Of a stretch of DNA of 64,000 bases, positions 52,832 through 61,137 are shown piece after piece. The stretch lies in NCBI GenBank assembly GCA_947632335.1, contig CANROX010000001.1:5653-69652 (forward strand), read 5' to 3'. The position numbers and the translations under genes were made by a program. This DNA comes from an uncultured Clostridia bacterium. GTDB taxonomy: Bacteria > Bacillota > Clostridia > Oscillospirales > Acutalibacteraceae. Under the pieces are notes generated by a model. The model searched no databases, was not told the origin of the DNA, and saw nothing but the letters and a program-made list of their open reading frames with translations. The number at the start of each line of letters is the position of its first letter. Within the stretch, counting starts at the first letter, position 1.

Positions 52832-53442
52832 CAAATGTTAAGGTGAATTATCAAAAACAGCTTGATAAGCTGATAGATGAAAATGAAAAAAAGGGAGTTG
52901 TACCCACTCTTTTGCTGCATTCCTGCTGTGCTCCATGCAGCAGTTATGTTATTGAATATTTAAGCAATTACTTTTATATTACCGTTCTGTACTTTAATCC
53001 CAATATAAGCGAGGAGGGGGAGTATACTAAAAGGCGTGACGAACAGAAAAGGCTTATATCCCAAATGGAAACAAAGTATCCTGTCAGCTTTATAGACGGG
53101 GACTATAATCCGGAACATTTCTTTACTGCGGTTAAGGGTCTTGAAAATGAACCCGAAAGGGGAAAAAGGTGTTCGGTATGCTTTTCCCTGCGACTGTCCT
53201 ATACTGCAAAGGCGGCGCAGGAAAGGGGTTTTGACTACTTTGCCACAACTCTTACCCTAAGTCCTTTGAAGAATGCACAGGTTATAAACAGTATCGGTAT
53301 GGGGATAGAATGTAAATCAAAGTATTTGCCCAGCGATTTTAAGAAAAAAGAGGGCTACAAAAGAAGTATTGTACTGTCGGAAAAGTACAATCTTTACAGA
53401 CAGAATTACTGTGGTTGTGTATTTTCCAAAAAACAGGTATAG
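52828..53442 (+). CDS. queH: Epoxyqueuosine reductase QueH (DUF208)
   Basis: LLLHSCCAPCSSYV, CSVCF and YCGC cysteine motifs. I set the start at ATG 52828, which forms an ATGA overlap with the HAD stop; the track's upstream extension is ignored. Confidence 0.8.
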   Translation: MTNVKVNYQKQLDKLIDENEKKGVVPTLLLHSCCAPCSSYVIEYLSNYFYITVLYFNPNISEEGEYTKRRDEQKRLISQMETKYPVSFIDGDYNPEHFFTAVKGLENEPERGKRCSVCFSLRLSYTAKAAQERGFDYFATTLTLSPLKNAQVINSIGMGIECKSKYLPSDFKKKEGYKRSIVLSEKYNLYRQNYCGCVFSKKQV

Positions 53443-53444
53443 AA

Positions 53445-53469
53445 AAGGGTGTGCTATGTGCACACCCTT
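53445..53469. terminator. Bidirectional terminator between queH and leuA
   Basis: AAGGGTGTGC-tatgt-GCACACCCTT perfect 10-bp stem with flanking A- and T-runs. Confidence 0.7.
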
Positions 53470-53472
53470 ATT

Positions 53473-55152
53473 TTATGCCTCGTTTCTGTTAATTGCGTTT
53501 AACACACCTAAGATTGAACTGTAGTTTACATTGTGGTCAATTCCTACGCCGAAAATATGTTTGCCCCTGGGGGTTTTAAGCTCAATGTAGGAAACTGCCT
53601 GGGAGTCCGAACCCTCGCTGATAGCGTGCTGGCTATAGGAACGAAAGCTGTAGTTGCCGATTCCTATTTTTTTCATAGCGTTAAAAAATGCGTCAATAGG
53701 ACCGTTTCCCTTGCCGGTTGTACTTCTTTTTTCAGCACCGTCAATGGAGATGGTACCCTTAAAATGAACATATTCCCTGCCGTTTTCGCTTTCCTCATAA
53801 ATTCGGCTGTTAATAATTTCATATTTTTTCTTATGTTCCAAATAGTTTTCCTTAAATACTTCAAAGAGCTCCTTTGGTATAAGTTCTCTGCCCAGTTCAT
53901 CACATTTTTTCTGAACAAGGGCGCCAAACTCCGGATGCATTTTCTTTGGAAGTTCATAGTCAAAATTGTGCTCCATAACATATGCGGCGCCACCCTTTCC
54001 GCTTTGGGAGTTAATACGGATAATAGGCTCGTACTGTCTGCCTACATCAGCAGGGTCAATGGGAAGATAGGGTACTTCCCAGTACTCGTCGTCAATATCT
54101 TTCATATACTTTACACCCTTATTTATGGCGTCCTGATGACTTCCCGAAAAGGCGGTAAACACAAGCTCTCCGATATAGGGCTGTCTTTCGCCGATTTTCA
54201 TATTTGTGCATCTCTCATAAATTTCCTTATACTTTGGAAGATTTGAAAAATCAAGACAGGGGTCAATCCCTTGGGTATACATATTGAGGCCTACGGTTAC
54301 AATGTCAAGGTTTCCTGTTCTTTCTCCGTTGCCGAAGAGAGTACCCTCAACTCTGTCCGCTCCTGCAAGAAGTGCCAGCTCTGTGGCGGCTACCCCTGTT
54401 CCTCTGTCGTTGTGGGGGTGAACGCTGATTATAGCGCTTTCCCTGTTTTTAAGGTGCTTAATAAAGTATTCAATCTGGTCGGCGTAGGTGTTTGGAGTAC
54501 ACATTTCCACTGTGTTGGGCAGGTTGAGTATAACCGGATTTTCGGGAGTTGAGCCAAGCTCCTCCATAACCTTTTCGCAAATGGCAACAGCGTTGTCCAT
54601 TTCAGTACCGCTAAAGCTTTCGGGGCTGTATTCAAAACGGATATTTGTATCTCCCTCATAGTTATCCGTAAGCTCCTTAATAAGCTTTGCGCCCTCAACG
54701 GCAATATCAATTATACCCTCCATTTCCTTTTTGAAAACAACCTTTCTCTGTAATGTGGAGGTTGAATTATAGAAATGGACAATAACATTTTTAGCGCCCT
54801 TAATTGCCTCAAATGTCTTTTTTATCAGGTGCTCCCTTGCCTGGACAAGAACTTGTATTGTAACATCATCGGGGATATGGTTGCCCTCAATAAGCTGACG
54901 GCAGATTTCGTATTCTGTTTCAGAGGCAGAGGGAAAGCCAATCTCAATTTCTTTAAATCCCATTTCACAAAGGGCGTGGAAAAATTCTAATTTTTCTTCA
55001 AGGTTCATAGGGTCGATAAGCGCCTGGTTGCCGTCCCTTAGGTCAACACTGCACCACACCGGCGCTTTTTCAATAACCTTTGCAGGCCATTCTCTGTCGG
55101 GCAGGTCAATCTGACGGAAAGGAATGTACTTTTTGTACCCTGTTTTTAACAT
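53473..55152 (-). CDS. leuA: 2-isopropylmalate synthase (long form)
   Basis: WCSVDLRDGNQAL, HPHNDRGTGVA and a C-terminal LeuA dimerisation/regulatory domain; 559 aa. Confidence 0.9.
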   Translation of the reverse strand: MLKTGYKKYIPFRQIDLPDREWPAKVIEKAPVWCSVDLRDGNQALIDPMNLEEKLEFFHALCEMGFKEIEIGFPSASETEYEICRQLIEGNHIPDDVTIQVLVQAREHLIKKTFEAIKGAKNVIVHFYNSTSTLQRKVVFKKEMEGIIDIAVEGAKLIKELTDNYEGDTNIRFEYSPESFSGTEMDNAVAICEKVMEELGSTPENPVILNLPNTVEMCTPNTYADQIEYFIKHLKNRESAIISVHPHNDRGTGVAATELALLAGADRVEGTLFGNGERTGNLDIVTVGLNMYTQGIDPCLDFSNLPKYKEIYERCTNMKIGERQPYIGELVFTAFSGSHQDAINKGVKYMKDIDDEYWEVPYLPIDPADVGRQYEPIIRINSQSGKGGAAYVMEHNFDYELPKKMHPEFGALVQKKCDELGRELIPKELFEVFKENYLEHKKKYEIINSRIYEESENGREYVHFKGTISIDGAEKRSTTGKGNGPIDAFFNAMKKIGIGNYSFRSYSQHAISEGSDSQAVSYIELKTPRGKHIFGVGIDHNVNYSSILGVLNAINRNEA

Positions 55153-55178
55153 AATAAATTCTCCTCATTAAATATTAC

Positions 55179-55444
55179 AAAAAAATCGCCCCTAAAAAAT
55201 TAGGGACGAATTAAAATTCGTGGTACCACCCAGGTTCAAATATATGTCGCCATATATTCCTTACAGACTTCTATCAAAGTCCTGACGGATAACGGTGTCT
55301 GCCGTTCTGCCCTTATAAGACAGAAAACTCCGGAATGAGCTATACATATAGGTTCTGACACTGCTTTACACCACACAGCAGTTCTCTTTGCACAGATGCC
55401 TATATCTTGTTCCCTTCACAGTTTTTTAGGGTTTTCTTTTGTTA
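55179..55444 (-). promoter_or_regulatory. T-box leader (tRNA-Leu, candidate specifier CUC) with a terminator
   Basis: On the minus strand: an AGAGA bulge, a distal hairpin with a UGGUG loop, a specifier loop ...GUAUAG-CUC-A above a GGAA/UUCC helix (CUC at 55339-55337), the conserved T-box GGGTGGTACCACG (55231-55219), and a terminator TCGTCCCTA...TAGGGGCGA followed by TTTTTTT. Confidence 0.8.
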
Positions 55445-55450
55445 ATACTT

Positions 55451-55479
55451 ATTATATTAACTGTAAAAACTTTTGTCAA
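55451..55479 (-). promoter_or_regulatory. Consensus sigma-A promoter of the leuA T-box leader (TTGACA-17-TATAAT)
   Basis: On the minus strand: TTGACA at 55479-55474, a 17-nt spacer, and TATAAT at 55456-55451. Confidence 0.7.
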
Positions 55480-55619
55480 GGTGTTTCCATAATTTTAATG
55501 AAATGTTTTTTAAAATTTTATAAATTATTACTTGTTTATTTCCACTGTGTGTAGTATTATGTATGTGTGTATACGAATGTTTAAAGCGTAAAATATTATT
55601 GTAATAAGGAGATTTTGCT

Positions 55620-56633
55620 ATGAATATTCTTTTAACAGGCGGTGCCGGTTATATCGGCTCACATACCTGCATAGAATTAATCAGCGCCGGTCATAAGGCT
55701 CTTATTGCAGACAACCTTTGCAACAGTAAAAGAGAGGCTGTAAACAGGGTTGAAAAAATCACAGGCACAAGTATTCCTTTTTATGAGATTGATGTTTGTG
55801 ACACGAAAGCCCTTTCCAGAGTTTTTGAGGAAAACAAAATTGACGCAGTTATCCACTTTGCAGGTTTAAAGGCTGTTGGGGAAAGCTGTGAAATCCCACT
55901 TGCCTACTACCGCAATAATATTGACAGCACCCTTACTCTGCTGGAGGTTATGAGGGAATACCAGTGTCACAACATTGTGTTCTCATCATCTGCCACAGTT
56001 TACGGTATCCCCAAAACCGTTCCCCTGGTGGAAACTATGCCTACCTCCTGCACAAATCCATACGGCTGGACAAAGCTGATGATTGAGCAGATTTTGACAG
56101 ATGTTTCAAAGGCAGACCCGAACCTTTCCGTGGTACTTCTCCGTTACTTTAACCCAATCGGCGCCCACGAAAGCGGTATTATCGGGGAAAATCCAAACGG
56201 TATTCCAAACAACCTTATGCCCTATATTACACAGGTTGCCGTGGGAAAACTTCCTCAGCTTGGGGTTTTCGGAGATGACTACCCAACCCACGACGGTACG
56301 GGGGTCAGAGATTATATTCATGTTGTGGACCTTGCAAAGGGTCATGTTAAGGCTATTGACTATGCAAAAAGGAATAAGGGAACGGAAATTATAAATCTTG
56401 GTACAGGTACAGGCTATTCTGTACTGGATATTGTAAAAGCCTTTATGAAAGTTAATGAAGTTGAAATTCCTTATACTATTAAACCCAGAAGAGCAGGGGA
56501 TATTGCAGAGTGCTATGCAGACCCTGCAAAGGCCTTTGAAAAGTTAGGCTGGAAAGCTGAAAAGACCTTGGAGGATATGTGCCGTGACTCTTGGAGATGG
56601 CAGAAAAACAATCCAAAGGGTTATGAAGAATAA
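55620..56633 (+). CDS. galE: UDP-glucose 4-epimerase
   Basis: GGAGYIGSH, the YGWTK catalytic Y-x-x-x-K, and 337 aa. Confidence 0.95.
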   Translation: MNILLTGGAGYIGSHTCIELISAGHKALIADNLCNSKREAVNRVEKITGTSIPFYEIDVCDTKALSRVFEENKIDAVIHFAGLKAVGESCEIPLAYYRNNIDSTLTLLEVMREYQCHNIVFSSSATVYGIPKTVPLVETMPTSCTNPYGWTKLMIEQILTDVSKADPNLSVVLLRYFNPIGAHESGIIGENPNGIPNNLMPYITQVAVGKLPQLGVFGDDYPTHDGTGVRDYIHVVDLAKGHVKAIDYAKRNKGTEIINLGTGTGYSVLDIVKAFMKVNEVEIPYTIKPRRAGDIAECYADPAKAFEKLGWKAEKTLEDMCRDSWRWQKNNPKGYEE

Positions 56634-56666
56634 AAATACGGAATTATAAAAGAGAGGATAATTAAT

Positions 56667-57683
56667 ATGAGGAAATGTGTGAAAAAAATTACAGTTTCGC
56701 TTATGATTTTAATGATAACAGCCTTTTCCGTCATTAGTGCGTCTGCTGACAGCAGTTGTGTTATTAACGGTAATCTTAAGGCAAAGGTTGGCGACAAGGT
56801 TACATATAATCTGTATATTGCCGATGTACCGGAAAAGGTTGAGGACCTGCAAATTGAGATTACATATAACGGCGACTGCCTTGAGGCCATTGATAAATCT
56901 GTAAAATATCCCGACGGAGGAAGCTCAGTCTACAACACTAAAATTGAAGGAAGAGTGCTTTTTAACAGTGCAAACGGCATTGAGGGCTGGGATTTTAAGG
57001 AAAAAACCCTGCTTTTGGGAGTATCCTTTAATGTAAAGTCAGGCGGGGAAAGCGATATTAAGCAGTATATCCAATGTATGGACTACCTCTCCAATTCCCA
57101 GTCGGTGGACAGCTATGTTCTGACTACGGAATACCTTGTAAATGATAAGGTTGTTGAGGAGGGAAAACCTCCTATAGTTGACGAAAACGGTCAGGGCGGA
57201 AACTTTGTTAACTACGACAACGGCAAGGGCGAGAAGAACGGCGGAAAAAATCCTGTAGGCGGTGACGGTGCATACGGTGGCCAAGCCAACAACGGAAACG
57301 ACGCAAATAACGGTAATGCCGGAAATGCAGACAACGGAAACGACGGAAATAACAACGGGAATAACAACGCAGATAATAATGTAAACAACGGAAACAATGC
57401 AAATAACAACGCAGGCAACGGTAATGTTGTCGGACAGGAGGCAACGGCAAACGCAGGTGGAGAAACCTCTACCACAGCAACAACAGTTGTTCTTACAAAT
57501 TCCTCAGGTGTTGCAATTACAACTCCCGACGGAAAGCAGGCAACCTGGACTGACTCCAAAAATATGTGGAGAAATATAGGTATTGTGGCAGGCGCCCTTG
57601 CAGTGGTAGCATGTATTGTTATTACAGTAATTATCAGAAAGAAAAAAAGCGAAAATTCCAAGGAAAACAATTCTGAAAGGTAG
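56667..57683 (+). CDS. Membrane-anchored surface protein with a cohesin-like module, an Asn/Gly-rich linker and a C-terminal TM helix
   Basis: Signal peptide. The segment VGDKVTYNLYIADVPEKVEDLQIEITYNGDCLEAI...GRVLFNSANG...LLLGVSFNVKSGGESDI follows the cohesin sequence pattern. NG-rich low-complexity region at nt 57281-57426. C-terminal IGIVAGALAVVACIVITVII followed by RKKK. Confidence 0.55.
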   Translation: MRKCVKKITVSLMILMITAFSVISASADSSCVINGNLKAKVGDKVTYNLYIADVPEKVEDLQIEITYNGDCLEAIDKSVKYPDGGSSVYNTKIEGRVLFNSANGIEGWDFKEKTLLLGVSFNVKSGGESDIKQYIQCMDYLSNSQSVDSYVLTTEYLVNDKVVEEGKPPIVDENGQGGNFVNYDNGKGEKNGGKNPVGGDGAYGGQANNGNDANNGNAGNADNGNDGNNNGNNNADNNVNNGNNANNNAGNGNVVGQEATANAGGETSTTATTVVLTNSSGVAITTPDGKQATWTDSKNMWRNIGIVAGALAVVACIVITVIIRKKKSENSKENNSER

Positions 57684-57858
57684 TTAAAATCCTGTCTTTG
57701 TGCAGTTTTACTATTTTAGGACAAGAAAGTTTGTGCATTTTAGAGCAACGAAAAAATTACAAAATTGTTGCTTAATAAATCTAAAAGGTGTATAATTATG
57801 CTAATGGGGAATCATCCCTATAACAAAACATGATGATTTTATTCAGGAGGAGACAATC

Positions 57859-59001
57859 ATGAAAAAGTTTTTAAGCTTTTTACTTGTTATTGCGGTTGTT
57901 ATGAGTTTTGCAACTATTGCAATGACAGTATCAGCAGCAGAAAATGACGAAGTTGCTGTAGCAGCAGAAAATGACGGGGTTGCTGTAGCAGCAGCTGACG
58001 GTGACACATCAGTTGGAGCAGGTACTGATGTATCAGAATCAGGCACATCCGGCAAGGTTTATTTTGAAAAGCCGGCAAAATGGGCAGGTACTATTTTCTA
58101 TACACATATCTTTGAAGCAACAGGCGACCAGACATCTTTCTTCGGCTGGCAGTCAAAGAAAGAAGCATTAAAGGAAGAGGACGGCAAGTATGTTTACGAC
58201 CTTTCTATCCTTGATGATTCAAGTGCTCAGATTTCCGGTGGCTTAAAGGCCGGCAAGGACTATACAATTATGTTCAGTGATAATGTAGGTAATGAATCCT
58301 GCGGTATTATGTTTAACACAAATTGTATCGGCGACACAGCAAAGGTTGTTTCTGATACAGCCTCATTTGAAAATAATGTTGACTCAACAAAGCACTCATA
58401 TGAGCTTAGCTGGACAGCAAACGCTCAGAAGTACGGCATACCTCTTATGATTACATCTGTTGGTACAGTTCAGGGTAGCTTTATGGCTAAGGGTTCAACA
58501 ACTGCTGACCTTATTAAGACATGGGATAAGGATTATCCTGACTATCCAAATGTTTCTTCTTTCAGCCCTCAGAGCTCAGCAAGAGACCATAATACAAGAC
58601 TTGCAGAACTTAAAACTCAGCTTGCTAAGTTAGTAGCTGACGGAAAGGTTTACTATATTGGCGGCGGTCAGTTTACTGAAGAACAGAACTCCGGTTCAGG
58701 CGGTTCATCTTCTGACGGTTCATCTTCAGGCGGTTCATCTTCCGACGGTTCATCATCTTCAGGCGGTTCATCTTCTGACGGTTCTTCCTCTGTACTTAAA
58801 ACAAAGGACGGCAAGACTGTACATAAGGACGCTAACGGTAACTATGTTGATGAAGACGGTAATGTAGTAGACGCTTCTGATGTTGTTGAAACACAGGGTA
58901 CAGTTTCTACAGGCGAAGAAACAACTTATATATTTGTTACATTAGGCGTTATGCTTGCAGCCGGCGGCGTATACTTCTTAACTCGTAAGAAGAGAGCTTG
59001 A
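57859..59001 (+). CDS. Membrane-anchored surface protein with a starch-binding-module-like domain and an SG-rich linker
   Basis: Signal peptide. VYFEKPAKWAGTIFYTHIF...YTIMFSDNVGNESCGIMF follows a CBM25/26-like pattern. GGSSSDGSSS repeats at nt 58699-58791. C-terminal ...VSTGEETTYIFVTLGVMLAAGGVYFLTRKKRA. Confidence 0.6.
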   Translation: MKKFLSFLLVIAVVMSFATIAMTVSAAENDEVAVAAENDGVAVAAADGDTSVGAGTDVSESGTSGKVYFEKPAKWAGTIFYTHIFEATGDQTSFFGWQSKKEALKEEDGKYVYDLSILDDSSAQISGGLKAGKDYTIMFSDNVGNESCGIMFNTNCIGDTAKVVSDTASFENNVDSTKHSYELSWTANAQKYGIPLMITSVGTVQGSFMAKGSTTADLIKTWDKDYPDYPNVSSFSPQSSARDHNTRLAELKTQLAKLVADGKVYYIGGGQFTEEQNSGSGGSSSDGSSSGGSSSDGSSSSGGSSSDGSSSVLKTKDGKTVHKDANGNYVDEDGNVVDASDVVETQGTVSTGEETTYIFVTLGVMLAAGGVYFLTRKKRA

Positions 59002-59033
59002 TTAACACTTTAATTTAAAACTCAGATAATTAT

Positions 59034-59062
59034 GGCTCTATCCCTTGGATAGAGCCGTTTTA
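59034..59062 (+). terminator. Intrinsic terminator
   Basis: GGCTCTATCC-ctt-GGATAGAGCC followed by GTTTTA. Confidence 0.7.
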
Positions 59063-59110
59063 TCTACAATGTGTAATAAACTGTAGGAACAACATTGTGT
59101 GGAGATTATA

Positions 59111-59803
59111 ATGAAAAGATTGTTAAGTTTATTTTTTGCCGTCATTATGTCAGTTGTTACATTGGCACTATCTGTAACAGGATATGAAGGTAAGACGGTA
59201 AAGGATACATCGTCCCACAGGGACGCCGATAACTGTATTTATTTTGCCGTACCCGGTGGAGAAGATGACTGGGGACATTTTGATACAATTTATTGCCATA
59301 TCTGGATTGACGGCGGCGATGAATTTTTTACATGGCAGACCGAATACGAAAAGTGTGAAAAGGTCAAAAAGAACCTTTGGAAATATGACCTTGATAATCT
59401 GGAAATCAGTCGTCGTGTGGAGGGCGGTTTTAATGAGAAAACCACCTATGGTGTTATTTTCAGCGACAACATAGGAAACCAGACTTACGACCTTTATTTT
59501 ACTAAGGAATGCCTTGGGGATACTGTGGAATGTACAAATGCCTATAGGGGAAACCCTATTGACACCTCCAAAAGATGTATTGTGGCAAGGTGGCAGAAAA
59601 ACGGGGATAAGTATGATTCAGTGGAATATACCCGAAGTACGGTTACTGTAACGGTGACAAACAGCGACGCCCGAAATAATGAGGACAATGTAAAGAGCCT
59701 TTCCCAGGATATGAGTATGGTAATCATCTTTATCCTGTCTGTGGTTATAATACTTTTGGTTGTATTTATGGTTGTAAAGGCAATTAAAAATAAAAGGAAA
59801 TAA
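59111..59803 (+). CDS. Membrane-anchored paralog carrying the same CBM-like domain
   Basis: MKRLLSLFFAVIMSVVTLALS signal peptide. IYFAVPGGEDDWGHFDTIYCHIW...YGVIFSDNIGNQTYDLYFTKECLGDT aligns with the 57859 protein. C-terminal TM helix followed by KAIKNKRK. I set the start at ATG 59111 after the GGAG SD. Confidence 0.6.
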   Translation: MKRLLSLFFAVIMSVVTLALSVTGYEGKTVKDTSSHRDADNCIYFAVPGGEDDWGHFDTIYCHIWIDGGDEFFTWQTEYEKCEKVKKNLWKYDLDNLEISRRVEGGFNEKTTYGVIFSDNIGNQTYDLYFTKECLGDTVECTNAYRGNPIDTSKRCIVARWQKNGDKYDSVEYTRSTVTVTVTNSDARNNEDNVKSLSQDMSMVIIFILSVVIILLVVFMVVKAIKNKRK

Positions 59804-59808
59804 AAAAA

Positions 59809-59830
59809 TGCCTATTCAGATGAATAGGCA
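59809..59830. terminator. Bidirectional terminator hairpin between the surface protein and UDG genes
   Basis: TGCCTATTCA..TGAATAGGCA with a 7-A run upstream and a 6-T run downstream. Confidence 0.6.
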
Positions 59831-59835
59831 CTTTT

Positions 59836-60414
59836 TTATTGTTCGTATGTATGGGTGCAGATTTCTTTTATTTTCTCACGCAGTATCTGAAAATCGTGAA
59901 ATGCCTCGGGTCGTTTTCCGGGGTTCCTTAGAATTGCTGCCGGGTGGAGCATTGGCATCATAAGAACGCCTTTCTTTTCAAAAAAAAGTCCGTGCTCCCG
60001 TGTGATTTTAATGTCGGGTTTAATTATTTTTGCGGCGGCAATTCTGCCAAGACACACAATAATTTTGGGGTTCATTAGCTTAAACTGATTCCTAAGCCAG
60101 TCTGTGCAGGCTGTCTGTTCCTCCGGCCTTGGGTCCCTGTTTTTTGGGGGTCGGCATTTAACTATATTTGCAATATATATATTCTTATCCCTTGACAGGT
60201 CTATAGAGAAAAGCATTTTGTCCAGCAGCTTTCCTCCTCTGCCTACAAAGGGTTCTCCCTGCAAATCCTCGTTTTCCCCAGGCCCCTCTCCGATAAACAG
60301 TACCTCGGCATTTTTATTTCCCACACCGAATACAACATTGGTGCGTGTTTCACAGAGCTGACATTTCCTGCAGTTTAAACATTCTTTCTCTAAGGTTTCC
60401 CAATTATCAAACAT
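59836..60414 (-). CDS. Uracil-DNA glycosylase, family 4
   Basis: CRKCQLC Fe-S cysteines and the [23 protein letters not shown] motif. Confidence 0.9.
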   Translation of the reverse strand: MFDNWETLEKECLNCRKCQLCETRTNVVFGVGNKNAEVLFIGEGPGENEDLQGEPFVGRGGKLLDKMLFSIDLSRDKNIYIANIVKCRPPKNRDPRPEEQTACTDWLRNQFKLMNPKIIVCLGRIAAAKIIKPDIKITREHGLFFEKKGVLMMPMLHPAAILRNPGKRPEAFHDFQILREKIKEICTHTYEQ

Positions 60415-60521
60415 TTTTATCTCCTGTTTTTCCTTTAATATTATTGAAAATTTTAGGGAATAGGTGTAATATAAGAGGCAGAGGTTTTATCCCCTGAAAA
60501 TTTTTGATTGGTGGTATACAT

Positions 60522-61088
60522 ATGAAGGTATTAGTTGAAACATCAGCACACCATATTCATGTGTCTGATGAGGCTCTTGAGGCTCTTTTCGGCAAGGGAG
60601 CAACACTTACTAACAAAAAGGATTTATCCCAGCCGGGACAGTTCGTCTGTATGGAAAAGGTAACTGTTGTGGGCCCTCGGGGCGAAATGACAATGTCAAT
60701 TTTAGGCCCTACAAGAAAGGACACACAGGTTGAGATTTCCCTTACTGACGCCAGAAAACTGGGTATTTCCGCCCCTGTAAGAGAATCGGGCTGTATAGAG
60801 GGTACACCGGGTTGTAAACTGATTGGCCCTGCCGGTGAATATGAAATTTCCCAGGGCGTTATTGCGGCAAAGCGTCACATTCATTTCACTCCGAAAAATG
60901 CTGAGGACGCCAATGTAAAGGACAAGCAGATTGTATCCGTAAAAATTGAGGGTACGGGACGCTCTCTTGTTTTTGACGATGTGGTTGTTCGTGTGTCAGA
61001 AAGCTATGCGCCTGCAATGCACATTGATACCGACGAAAGCAACGCGGCTATGGCGTCGGGTGAAGTTTACGGTGAGATTATTCTTTAA
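60522..61088 (+). CDS. pduL: Phosphate acyltransferase PduL-type
   Basis: VETSAHHIHVS...GPRG...AKRHIHF, the duplicated PduL beta-barrel motifs. I set the start at ATG 60522 (MKVLVE). Confidence 0.85.
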   Translation: MKVLVETSAHHIHVSDEALEALFGKGATLTNKKDLSQPGQFVCMEKVTVVGPRGEMTMSILGPTRKDTQVEISLTDARKLGISAPVRESGCIEGTPGCKLIGPAGEYEISQGVIAAKRHIHFTPKNAEDANVKDKQIVSVKIEGTGRSLVFDDVVVRVSESYAPAMHIDTDESNAAMASGEVYGEIIL

Positions 61089-61103
61089 TACAAATCAATA
61101 ATT

Positions 61104-61137
61104 AAGGACAGAGTTTTAAGCTCTGTCCTTTTCTTTT
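61104..61137 (+). terminator. Intrinsic terminator after pduL
   Basis: AAGGACAGAG-ttttaag-CTCTGTCCTT followed by TTCTTTT. Confidence 0.75.

Noticed and set aside
57212-57670. Minus-strand ORFs of 152 aa and 80 aa opposite the Asn/Gly-rich linker.
   Set aside because: They are generated by low-complexity AAC/GGA repeats. The plus-strand protein has a signal peptide, a folded module and a TM anchor.
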